Below are positions 28,904 through 37,235 of a stretch of 49,874 bases of DNA, piece after piece. A program made the translations under genes and the position numbers. Within the stretch, counting starts at the first letter, position 1; each line of letters opens with the position of its first letter. Source of the DNA: a virus (lineage: Duplodnaviria; Caudoviricetes); the IMG/VR virus record IMGVR_UViG_3300037851_001504, positions 1 through 49,874 of that record; one strand, 5' to 3'. A model generated the notes under the pieces. That model ran no database searches. It was not told the origin of the DNA and saw only the letters and a program-made list of their open reading frames with translations.

Positions 28904-29512
28904 CTATGCCCACTTCTGACTTTCGTTGTAGTTTCCAAGAGCAGGGATAACCGCAGTTCCATCTGAAGACTCGAACTTTATGTTAGCTGCCGCAGATTTA
29001 TCAAAGGGAGCTACCTTGAACTCAAAGGTAAATTTGAGGTTGTAGTCTGTAAACGATGGCTTCATACTAGTGAGATAGCAGTCGGCAGATACGAACCTAA
29101 GGGCTCTTTTATCGGCAAGAGTTATAGTTTCAGCAGACGCTTTAGACGTATCGTCAGTCCACTCTATAGCAACCCTATACAGTTTGCGAGCATGATTAAC
29201 GGTCGCAGAAATGGGCTGAGATGAATCCAAAGTATTCCCCATAAAATGCTGTATCAGCGACGCACCAGAAGTAGCATCCGTAGGATACGCCTCAAACTTT
29301 ATAGTCGTTTCCTCCATTGGATTGAACTTTACGACACGTCCACCATTGACGAGGGCGACTATATCCAGTCCCTTTTCCCCAAGGTCAATATCAACCGTTT
29401 CTATAATACCGGCGAACTCAGTAGGAGTAGACGATCCACTCCCAGCGGCTCGTTCCGATATTGAAACTAAACATTTTTCACGCCACACATCTGGCGCAGC
29501 TGCAGCCACCAT
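28904..29512 (-). CDS. Tail tube protein, paralog 2
   Basis: Highly similar to 29534..30343 (identical GEKGLDIVALVNGGRVVKFNPMEE); synteny; GGAGG RBS. Confidence 0.7.
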   Translation of the reverse strand: MVAAAAPDVWREKCLVSISERAAGSGSSTPTEFAGIIETVDIDLGEKGLDIVALVNGGRVVKFNPMEETTIKFEAYPTDATSGASLIQHFMGNTLDSSQPISATVNHARKLYRVAIEWTDDTSKASAETITLADKRALRFVSADCYLTSMKPSFTDYNLKFTFEFKVAPFDKSAAANIKFESSDGTAVIPALGNYNESQKWA

Positions 29513-29533
29513 TTTGTATCTTTTTCCTCCGTG

Positions 29534-30343
29534 TTACCACTTTTGTGTTTCAGTGTAACTAGCTAGCTGTGTCAGCGGACTAGTTCCATCTGTTGACTCT
29601 ATCTTTAAGTTTTCTGTTGCGGACTTGTCATATGGTCCGAATTTGAGCTCGAATGTGTATTTTAAGTTATAATCTGTAAACGAGGGCTTGGATGATGTTA
29701 TTCTGCAATCAGCAGATACTATCCTAAGCGCTCTTTTATCTGTTCTAGTAGCCCCCTCGCCAGTTGGTATTAGCAAGAAGGTGTCGGCTGCCGCCACTCC
29801 ATCCGTAGTTAGGTTTCCACTAACTATATTAATAGTATTTGTGTCGTTTGAAGCTATTATATATTCTTTATTTAATCCAGTACCACTAGTTATTCTAAGT
29901 CCCCATCCAGTTAATTCATTAGTTACATATGGAGTTCCAGCAACATCTATACTAGTGGCAGTCTTTGAGTCGACCGTGCCAGTTATGCTAGTGTCATCTG
30001 TCCATAATATTGACGCTCTAATCGGGGTTCTAGAATGAGTAAGAGCTGCCACTATTGGTTGAGCTGCATCAGTAGCACCTACAAAATGTTGAGTTATTTG
30101 ATCGACTACAGTTGGATATGCCTCGAATTTAAGGGTAGATTCTTCCATAGGGTTAAATTTGACGACTCTTCCGCCATTTACTAGAGCAACGATGTCTAGA
30201 CCCTTCTCCCCTATATCTACATCTACTGTTTCTACAAGCCCCTCAAAAGCGATAGCTGTGGACGTTCCACCCGCCGCTACTTGAGGAGTTAATGAGATGT
30301 AACACTTTTCTCGCCAAGTATCAGGCGAAGCTGCAGCTACCAT
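29534..30343 (-). CDS. Tail tube protein, paralog 1, with an inserted ~70-aa beta domain
   Basis: Paralog of 28904..29512; strong RBS GGAGGAGGT and its own promoter. Confidence 0.7.
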   Translation of the reverse strand: MVAAASPDTWREKCYISLTPQVAAGGTSTAIAFEGLVETVDVDIGEKGLDIVALVNGGRVVKFNPMEESTLKFEAYPTVVDQITQHFVGATDAAQPIVAALTHSRTPIRASILWTDDTSITGTVDSKTATSIDVAGTPYVTNELTGWGLRITSGTGLNKEYIIASNDTNTINIVSGNLTTDGVAAADTFLLIPTGEGATRTDKRALRIVSADCRITSSKPSFTDYNLKYTFELKFGPYDKSATENLKIESTDGTSPLTQLASYTETQKW

Positions 30344-30365
30344 ATCTTACCTCCTCCACTCTTTG

Positions 30366-30384
30366 TTTATAAATGTTTCCAAAT
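30366..30384 (-). promoter_or_regulatory. Conserved late promoter, copy 2
   Basis: ATTTGGAAACATTTATAAA ending about 23 nt before the tail tube ATG. Confidence 0.75.
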
Positions 30385-30393
30385 GCCGTGCGT

Positions 30394-31134
30394 TTATACA
30401 TCATAATCAACCTCATCGGAGCTGCTTCTATACCCAGTATTCATGCTTTCCCGTTGCTTCCTCATTATTAATCTACGTATCCTAAGGTTCATTTTATCTG
30501 CTATTTTTTCCCTATAATGATCAACAATACGTTGAGTGATCCTACTAGGATATATTCCCCGAACTGCTTTGGCTTTGACATTCCACCCGTCCTTACTGTG
30601 AAATGTAAGAGATGGACCTCTTGGTGTTCTACTTCCAAATATATTGCTTTCTAGGTCCCCTTGTTTAATATTTTCAATAAGCCGGCCTTTTCTATCGATA
30701 TAATAAGGGTCTGCTTTTTTGGACTTCATACGAAGGTTTCTCACCGCAGCCCATCCAGAAGCCAAAGGATAAATTGTATATGGAGTTCCTTGGTCTAGCC
30801 ACTTATATACTTGTCCCGCTTCAGTGGTAATTACATACTTCCCATTAGTTAGTTGAGAAACGTTGAAACTCTTTAAGAGGGGAGGAGATGTAGTATTATA
30901 TGGCCGTCTCCTATCTGTGTCGTTTTTTGCCCTATTATATCCTTTTAAGCGAGACCATCCTTTAATATACTCCAAACTACACTCAGATATTAAGAGTTTC
31001 ATCAATTCGTTAGCCTCGTCTTTTGTCCCCGCTTCAAACGTATTGGGATCTGACAAAGCACTAAGAAGGGTCTGAGCTTCTTTTAGCCCCACAACAGCGA
31101 TGTTTTTTGATAATTGCTGAGCTCCCCGGATCAT
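30394..31134 (-). CDS. Tail completion protein (HK97 gp10-like), basic
   Basis: VVGLKEA..LL start, Y.WLDQGT motif, VRGIYP; neck-module position. Confidence 0.55.
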   Translation of the reverse strand: MIRGAQQLSKNIAVVGLKEAQTLLSALSDPNTFEAGTKDEANELMKLLISECSLEYIKGWSRLKGYNRAKNDTDRRRPYNTTSPPLLKSFNVSQLTNGKYVITTEAGQVYKWLDQGTPYTIYPLASGWAAVRNLRMKSKKADPYYIDRKGRLIENIKQGDLESNIFGSRTPRGPSLTFHSKDGWNVKAKAVRGIYPSRITQRIVDHYREKIADKMNLRIRRLIMRKQRESMNTGYRSSSDEVDYDV

Positions 31135-31619
31135 TAGATCTTCACCTGGAACTCATAAAAACAGTAATATATGCTACTATTGTCGTCGTAAAATATCTGG
31201 GATATTTGCCTAGGACGGATTCCTTGTGGAAGTTTAGCATCTGCGTTTAAAGATCGAACTTTGGCGACAAGTTCTGGATAGTGTCCTTCGAGTGCGTCAG
31301 CTATTGCTTCTCCATAATACCTACACAAGTCTTCCCTAGCTAGTAGCGTAGAGCTAGGCAGATACTCAAAACTAGCTGAAGTATAAAAGTATATCCTAAA
31401 TACATAGTCTCTTTTCAGCTTCCTAGCCGTTTGACTGACATTGATTTGAGTTCTAGTTCTAGGAAGGGTGTTATCATCAACAACTATGCAAGGGAGTTCT
31501 GGAAAGCCTGCCGGAGGCATAGAACTGTACACCCATTGGGTAAGTCTGCTGGGCCAAGGATCTGTGACGTATGTGGCTAGAACATATCTTATGGCTTCAA
31601 CTAATTCGTACTCTGTCAC
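31134..31619 (-). CDS. Tail terminator protein (putative)
   Basis: 161 aa; VYSSMP....PCIVV pattern; synteny. Confidence 0.55.
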   Translation of the reverse strand: MTEYELVEAIRYVLATYVTDPWPSRLTQWVYSSMPPAGFPELPCIVVDDNTLPRTRTQINVSQTARKLKRDYVFRIYFYTSASFEYLPSSTLLAREDLCRYYGEAIADALEGHYPELVAKVRSLNADAKLPQGIRPRQISQIFYDDNSSIYYCFYEFQVKI

Positions 31620-31629
31620 CTAGCACACC

Positions 31630-32532
31630 TCATCCACTTCTCCAAAAAGATTGCCCATCTACAGTACCTCCGACAGCAAAATCGGAATTGTCTGTTGGGA
31701 ATTGAACTTGACTATCGGGACTAACTCGTCTAGCGACTCGCCTGGCAATCGCGTTTCTGATTTCTTTTATTTCTTCGTCTAGGCTTCCAAGCTGCTGAGC
31801 AGCCAATTTATCTCCAGACCTAACAAAGACTTTCCTAAGATACATTCTGGCCGCCATAGCGGTAGCGAGAGTTTGGTATATTTTGGGAGTGAACTCAACA
31901 TAAAGGTCTAGATCTGCTCCAGATGAGCTTTTTTGAGTAGTAAGAAGAGTTATCTCTCCAAAAATGGGATCGTAATAGTAATCGACATCTTTTACTAGTT
32001 CTGCTCTAGTAGGTGCGGTAGTGCTGGTATCCAGACTATAAACTCTGTCTATATACATAGCATCTCGCTCGCCTATACCATAAGACTGAACTGTATTGTT
32101 GGAGTTATAATTAAGCTGAACGGCGTAAAAGGGATTGCCAAACAAATCCCGTATCATATAGTACACGTCTTCTAAAATATGGACTAGGGCGTTATTAACT
32201 GCAGACTCGTTTCCAGCTAGCTGAGCCTTTTCTATAATAAGACGGGTGTTTGTAAGTGCAGGTATTCCCTTCATAGCTACAGACTTGTCAGATTCTACCT
32301 CTGCGCTGGGAGGACTAACTACAGCAGGAATAATAAAAGTAATTTTATACCACGAACTAGTAGTGCCAGAAACATCCCAATAGGTTGTGTCTGTTATGAG
32401 CTGTTCGGCTATGTTGGAATATGTGCCATTTATTGTTGAGGATCTATATATTCTAACTTTAGTGTATCCTGCTTCTGCATCAGGCCTAATCCAACTTAAA
32501 AGTATGCCATATCCCATTTTAAGGAACTCCAC
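31630..32532 (-). CDS. Head-tail adaptor with an N-terminal FN3-like domain (putative)
   Basis: LSW...VRIYRS...YWD.....WYKIT FN3 pattern; VKDVDYYYDPIFGEITL; helical C-terminus. Confidence 0.55.
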   Translation of the reverse strand: MEFLKMGYGILLSWIRPDAEAGYTKVRIYRSSTINGTYSNIAEQLITDTTYWDVSGTTSSWYKITFIIPAVVSPPSAEVESDKSVAMKGIPALTNTRLIIEKAQLAGNESAVNNALVHILEDVYYMIRDLFGNPFYAVQLNYNSNNTVQSYGIGERDAMYIDRVYSLDTSTTAPTRAELVKDVDYYYDPIFGEITLLTTQKSSSGADLDLYVEFTPKIYQTLATAMAARMYLRKVFVRSGDKLAAQQLGSLDEEIKEIRNAIARRVARRVSPDSQVQFPTDNSDFAVGGTVDGQSFWRSG

Positions 32533-32878
32533 CTCGTACTAGCTGCACAATTTCAAATAGGCCCCACCCTATAAGAGCCCCTATAATTGATACGGCCGTA
32601 GCGATAATGAATCCTTTTGCTTTATCTATATCTGTAGCCACTTTGTCGTGACTAGCTTTTAAATAACTTACATCTGCCTTGAGTGAGGTAACGTCAGTGC
32701 TCATCGCATCTACTTTGCCTCTAAAAACGCTAAATTGATCCTTCAAATCTCCAACTTCTGTTTGTACTACGCCCATTTCGTGATTAGTAACATCTACGTG
32801 CTTGGCAATTTCCATCCAACGGGCTTCCATAGTGTCCCATTGTTCTTTGGTTATGCGGGCGTCAGTTCTGGGAGGCAT
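32519..32878 (-). CDS. Coiled-coil protein with a C-terminal transmembrane helix
   Basis: Heptads, then FIIATAVSIIGALIGWGLF. Confidence 0.7.
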   Translation of the reverse strand: MPPRTDARITKEQWDTMEARWMEIAKHVDVTNHEMGVVQTEVGDLKDQFSVFRGKVDAMSTDVTSLKADVSYLKASHDKVATDIDKAKGFIIATAVSIIGALIGWGLFEIVQLVRGGVP

Positions 32879-33100
32879 TTAGAAAACCCCCCGTTTGTAT
32901 ATTAAATGATAATTTGTTCCATCGCCTTCTACACAAAAGACCTGGACGCACTCCAAATTGCCCATACTTTCGTCTGTAGCTGACATAAGAACGTCGTCTA
33001 GATGAACATCTGTTATTTCACACCACGGCTTGTTATCCTTGAATATCGGTCCTGGCGAGAATGTTCCAGTATCAAAGACATCTGTATCAAATACCGCCAT
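32879..33100 (-). CDS. Small structural protein, paralog of 33502..33681
   Basis: GGAGGT RBS; shares NKPW..IT...L..VL..AT.E..G...Y..IY.RG with its paralog. Confidence 0.75.
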   Translation of the reverse strand: MAVFDTDVFDTGTFSPGPIFKDNKPWCEITDVHLDDVLMSATDESMGNLECVQVFCVEGDGTNYHLIYKRGVF

Positions 33101-33119
33101 AGTGTGTTTTACCTCCTAT

Positions 33120-33500
33120 TTACATCCTGGATATTATTATCCAATTGGCCCCGTTGCTGACAATACCAATTGCCTCGTATTGAGCTAAGGTAACCGTTGA
33201 TGCGCCATCTATGTTTTCAGATCCGTTAGCATCTACTGTTATAGTTCCAGTTCCAGAGTTTTTTATGTAATACTCGCGACCTGAGATGCCTACTGCAGTT
33301 GGGAGGGATACTGTAAAACTGTTGGCCGTGCAGTTAACTGTTCTGTGACTTGCACCCAGAGTGACTACGGAGTTTACTGCAGCATACGCTGGCGCAAATG
33401 AACTTCCAGACGCAATTCTGGTTTTCTGGTCAGTCACCATAGCATTCCATTCAGATGACTGTATCAAATCCGATGGAACTTTTGTAGTATCCCACGCCAT
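33120..33500 (-). CDS. Small virion fibre/decoration protein (T4 gp9/10-like C-terminal module)
   Basis: TVSLPTA...GREYYIKNSGTGTITVDANGSENIDG...SNGANW. Confidence 0.7.
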   Translation of the reverse strand: MAWDTTKVPSDLIQSSEWNAMVTDQKTRIASGSSFAPAYAAVNSVVTLGASHRTVNCTANSFTVSLPTAVGISGREYYIKNSGTGTITVDANGSENIDGASTVTLAQYEAIGIVSNGANWIIISRM

Positions 33501-33501
33501 T

Positions 33502-33681
33502 TTATTCTACCGGCCCTCGTCTATATATGAAAACATATATTCCGTTGGTTGCATCCCAAAAGATTTGCTTAAACTCTTGAGGTCCAACCTTTTCAGTTGT
33601 GGCTGCAGCAAGTACTTCCGACAAAACTGCGCCAGTTATGCTATACCACGGTTTGTTCGTTCTAGTGACTGTTGCCACCAT
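33502..33681 (-). CDS. 59-aa protein missing from the ORF track, paralog of 32879..33100
   Basis: MVATVTRTNKPWYSITGAVLSEVLAAATTEKVGPQEFKQIFWDATNGIYVFIYRRGPVE; GGTGA RBS; fills the intergenic gap almost exactly. Confidence 0.85.
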   Translation of the reverse strand: MVATVTRTNKPWYSITGAVLSEVLAAATTEKVGPQEFKQIFWDATNGIYVFIYRRGPVE

Positions 33682-33682
33682 T

Positions 33683-33898
33683 TTACTTCTTCACCGCTTT
33701 CTTGACTGCATTAACTACTTTAGAAACTACGCTTTCAGCGGGTTTCGAAGGAGCAACCACTTCTGGTTCCTTTTTAGGGGCTACTGATCCAGGCTTAAGC
33801 CCTTGGAACTTTGCCGACACTGCAGCTTCTGCATACGGCTTGAAGTTGTCGCTCAATTTCTTGTCCTTGGATATACTAAATCCCTGTATAGTTGTCAT
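33683..33898 (-). CDS. Small Lys/Pro-rich protein
   Basis: ATGA overlap with the upstream gene; GGAGG RBS. Confidence 0.7.
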   Translation of the reverse strand: MTTIQGFSISKDKKLSDNFKPYAEAAVSAKFQGLKPGSVAPKKEPEVVAPSKPAESVVSKVVNAVKKAVKK

Positions 33899-34248
33899 GT
33901 TTTCTCCTCCATAAATTTATTAAAAAGAGTATGTTTCATCCACAACTCTAGAGCTTCATTACGATCTAATTCATCGTGTACCTTAATAACGACTTGCTTT
34001 GCTACTGGCCCAAAAACGACCTTTTTAGGAGTTGCCTTTGTGACATTCCAAGATATGTTTCCTCCATCTGCTTCTATCTCAAAATCAGAAATCTCTTTTT
34101 CTGAGAAGGAAACCTCTTTTAGTAATGAGTCCACGACTCCTAGAGTTATAGCATTGACTTTTAATCTGGGCAGTGTATTAATGAACAAAAGCCGTTCAGG
34201 TATGCCCAGTTCCATTATTGTGCTTTCTTCCTTTTTTTCTTCAGTCAT
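33895..34248 (-). CDS. Viral hypothetical protein, possible head-fibre chaperone
   Basis: ERLL..N.LP......TL......SFSEKE...W pattern; follows the decoration gene. Confidence 0.65.
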   Translation of the reverse strand: MTEEKKEESTIMELGIPERLLFINTLPRLKVNAITLGVVDSLLKEVSFSEKEISDFEIEADGGNISWNVTKATPKKVVFGPVAKQVVIKVHDELDRNEALELWMKHTLFNKFMEEKT

Positions 34249-34281
34249 CTCGTCAGTTCTCCTTTCAGTTTAACCGTATTG

Positions 34282-34309
34282 AAAAAAAAGAAATGGGGTG
34301 GTTAGCCCC
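34282..34309 (-). terminator. Terminator after the capsid/decoration genes
   Basis: GGGG-CTAACCA-CCCC hairpin followed by TTTCTTTTTTTT. Confidence 0.7.
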
Positions 34310-34322
34310 GTAGTTAACCTAT

Positions 34323-35066
34323 CTATGCTCCAGTGTCTGTAAGCATTATATAGTAAGGAGTTTCCCCTACTTTAATGCGGAGCGCGTGAGTCGCGGCACT
34401 TGCAGTGTTTGCCTGGAAAAGTTTTCCAGATCCAACTGTAAGTCCTTGCACCGAGAATAGGTACCCGGACGTATCAACAGTCGCTTTGACTGCAGGATCT
34501 GATCCATCAGCTACGACACGGAAGAAGCTGAACTCTGTAAGTCCAGATACGCTTGAGGACGCTCCGTCTCCGTATACTTCAGCCTGAACAGATGCAAGAG
34601 TTCCACCAGACATTGCGTTGGGTATGTGAACTGTTCCACGCACTGCAGCACCAAGGCCAGTGAGAGATCCAGTCGTTCCAAAGCTGAGAGAACAGTGCGC
34701 TCCATGTGCGGTGGCCGCAGCAACGTTGTTAACAGTCGTGAATGACCTAACTGCTTCACCACTTCCAGCTGCGCCGGCGATATAAAGCCTAGCGTATACT
34801 GCCCTAGCGTCTCCAGACGTAGCTGTAGAACTGCCATATACCTGCGCAAAGTTATACCCAGCCGTCGATGTCGCTATCGGGGTTCCAGACGTTCCGGCTA
34901 CGAACTTACCATTGAGGGTAAGAGTATCGGTTGCAACGTCTCCAAATGTGAAAGAGCCGTTAAACGTAACAGCTCCGTCGGTTTCTAGTGTTCCAGTAAG
35001 ATACAAGTTCTTGAACTTTGCATCTTTTCCTCTAATTCCAAAAGTCCCTGTTTCGGGAAATGCCAT
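34323..35066 (-). CDS. Head decoration / head fibre protein (putative)
   Basis: Directly after MCP; A/G/T-rich beta repeats; C-terminal ALRIKVGETPYYI; GGAGG RBS. Confidence 0.6.
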   Translation of the reverse strand: MAFPETGTFGIRGKDAKFKNLYLTGTLETDGAVTFNGSFTFGDVATDTLTLNGKFVAGTSGTPIATSTAGYNFAQVYGSSTATSGDARAVYARLYIAGAAGSGEAVRSFTTVNNVAAATAHGAHCSLSFGTTGSLTGLGAAVRGTVHIPNAMSGGTLASVQAEVYGDGASSSVSGLTEFSFFRVVADGSDPAVKATVDTSGYLFSVQGLTVGSGKLFQANTASAATHALRIKVGETPYYIMLTDTGA

Positions 35067-35084
35067 TGTCTTTTTCCTCCTTTA

Positions 35085-35184
35085 CGAGATGTGTGGGGAT
35101 ACCAGCCCTCCCCACGGGGGTCTCTTACGAGTCAGCCTCCCTAGCTACATAGGTTGGCGGTATAGCCAAATATATGTCTAGGCT
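35085..35184 (-). other. Structured intergenic RNA element after the MCP gene
   Basis: Nested stem CCTAG/CTAGG, ACATA/TATGT, TTGGC/GCCAA, plus a second stem GTGGGGA/TCCCCAC. Confidence 0.55.
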
Positions 35185-35187
35185 AAT

Positions 35188-36207
35188 TTAGACATCCAAG
35201 ACCTTGATGGTTCCGATAGCCCTAGTCTGTAGGGTGCCTACCGCATACATCATGTCGAGGTATATCTTGTGCAACCTTTCATCGGGGAAGTACTGAGTGC
35301 TAATAGCCCCCTCTTCCTTCCAGACGAGACCAGCTGCCTTGGACGGGTCAACGAGGACGCACGTGTGTCCAGCAAGAGTCCCACCGCTTCCGCCGTTGGA
35401 GAAGGACGGAACCTGTGTTGAGACAATAGCCTTCAGTCCAAGATACTTTCCAATCTCACCATTGAGGACAACCTCATTGGATCCGTACTGGGCAGAGTTA
35501 ATGAACTGCGGGTCGTCCATCAGAGCCTGCTCCTGCTGAGGCGCAACATACAAGAGCTTGGGATCGAAGTTGTACGACTTGATTCCAGCCCTAGCCTTAT
35601 TAACCAGCGAAGGTATAAGGACATCTCCAGCAGCAAGCTGGTTTACGTTGTTGACGTATGCACCAGCCCCAATTGCGGACCCCTGGTTTGATGCACCAGC
35701 GAGCGCGGTACCTATATCTCCATCAATCTTCGTCGCCCTATAGAGTGCGATCTGTTGCTTAGCAAAGTTAAGCACGCCAAAGCGAGTCGTGAGCACAGTT
35801 TCCTGTGAAACTGCGACTCCACCACCAACCCATGCGGGGGTGAAAGTAGCAGCTGTGAGATTCGTCATCTCAGTCATTGTCCTAGTCGCAGCTTCAGACT
35901 TGCTGTTCGCAAGGGTGATGTTGCTGGACGCAAGAGGCCACTTGAGCGTGACTTCCCCAGACCCAACAAGGTCCCTGTTCTGAATAACTGCATCTATAAA
36001 CTTAAGGTACGGCTGTGAATAAAGTACGACCAGATCAGACCAGCTTGACGGCTGAACGTCGCTTATTCCCGTAGACGTAGTCTTGGTTTCGTTAGCGAGC
36101 ATTGCGGGAGCCATTCCCATAAAGCTGCTAGCATCCCTTCTTTCCTTGAGTCTTTGGCACAGCGATAAGTGCGCATTAGACCCGAACTCAGGTTCATCTT
36201 TTGCCAT
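35188..36207 (-). CDS. Major capsid protein (HK97 fold)
   Basis: 339 aa; LYVAPQQEQALMDDPQF...VVLNGEIGKYLGLKAIVSTQVP; position after protease and scaffold. Confidence 0.88.
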   Translation of the reverse strand: MAKDEPEFGSNAHLSLCQRLKERRDASSFMGMAPAMLANETKTTSTGISDVQPSSWSDLVVLYSQPYLKFIDAVIQNRDLVGSGEVTLKWPLASSNITLANSKSEAATRTMTEMTNLTAATFTPAWVGGGVAVSQETVLTTRFGVLNFAKQQIALYRATKIDGDIGTALAGASNQGSAIGAGAYVNNVNQLAAGDVLIPSLVNKARAGIKSYNFDPKLLYVAPQQEQALMDDPQFINSAQYGSNEVVLNGEIGKYLGLKAIVSTQVPSFSNGGSGGTLAGHTCVLVDPSKAAGLVWKEEGAISTQYFPDERLHKIYLDMMYAVGTLQTRAIGTIKVLDV

Positions 36208-36241
36208 TGTTTTCTTTCCTCTTTTTTTCCTTTAATGGAAC

Positions 36242-37234
36242 TTAAATCCTCGAAACTCCTTCCTGGGCAATCATATGCTTAAGGAACTTGTCGTCTATAG
36301 CCCGCTCGAGATTCTTCATGTCGGGAAGTTTCTGCTTCTCGGCAATCGGGGGGCTAATTATTTCCCCAGACGATACTCTGGGAGCAGGCAGGGCCTCAGG
36401 CTTAGGGAGCTTCGACTTGAGCATCTCAATCTCCGCTTCCAAGTGGGCAAACCTATCTGCCGCCGGGTCGAGCTCCTTGCTTCCGACCTTGGTCGGAGCG
36501 ACTGTCTCAACCTTCTCCGGCACTCCTATTTCTTTCTTCTCTTCCATCTTAGTTTCACTCTTTTCAGAAGTTTCCAGGAAAGTCGATTTGCCATCTACTA
36601 TCCCAGGCCCTTTTTCTGTATACTTGCTGTCTCCAGTAGGAATATCTGTTGGCTTGTGTTCATCTACTTTAGGAACGCCAATTTCTTTTTTCTCATCCAT
36701 CTTAACTTCTCCTTTCTCCTCATTAGGTTCTGTAGGCTTATCGCCGTCTTCATAAGGAGAATTAGGTAGGCTAGTTGGTGATGGGTTAGCTATTACTTGA
36801 GCATCTTTGACTTGAGTATAAATATACTGGTCTCCGCCCTTTTCATTCTGATAATAATCTTGCTTGTCTGCGACTGGAACTCCTGCAACAGGAACTGGAG
36901 GCAACATACTAGTCTCCACTTTCTTCGGGAACGCTAATTGTTCTGTAGAATCATTACTGGGAAGTGGTCTTTGGAGGGGAGCAGGAGGCGCTGGAGGAGA
37001 TGTCGGTGAAGGAATTGTAACTCCATCGTAAATAACTTTTTCGGGAGTATTAATTGTTGGATGGATTTTAGAATCTACTAACGGAGCAGGTTTCTTCTCT
37101 ATTTCCTCTTCGGCCGAGAGTTGGGCTATAAACTCCAAGATCTCGCCTGAAAGAAGGGCGTTTGGAGATGTAGGACTATTCATGACAGTAGGTATCCATT
37201 TGGCGTTGTTTATAAATCCTTCTAAATTAGTCAT
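36242..37234 (-). CDS. Scaffolding protein (putative)
   Basis: Low-complexity P/E/K-rich with a short coiled coil; between protease and MCP; start MTNLEG just after the protease stop (ORF track starts at 37246). Confidence 0.65.
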   Translation of the reverse strand: MTNLEGFINNAKWIPTVMNSPTSPNALLSGEILEFIAQLSAEEEIEKKPAPLVDSKIHPTINTPEKVIYDGVTIPSPTSPPAPPAPLQRPLPSNDSTEQLAFPKKVETSMLPPVPVAGVPVADKQDYYQNEKGGDQYIYTQVKDAQVIANPSPTSLPNSPYEDGDKPTEPNEEKGEVKMDEKKEIGVPKVDEHKPTDIPTGDSKYTEKGPGIVDGKSTFLETSEKSETKMEEKKEIGVPEKVETVAPTKVGSKELDPAADRFAHLEAEIEMLKSKLPKPEALPAPRVSSGEIISPPIAEKQKLPDMKNLERAIDDKFLKHMIAQEGVSRI

Positions 37235-37235
37235 A

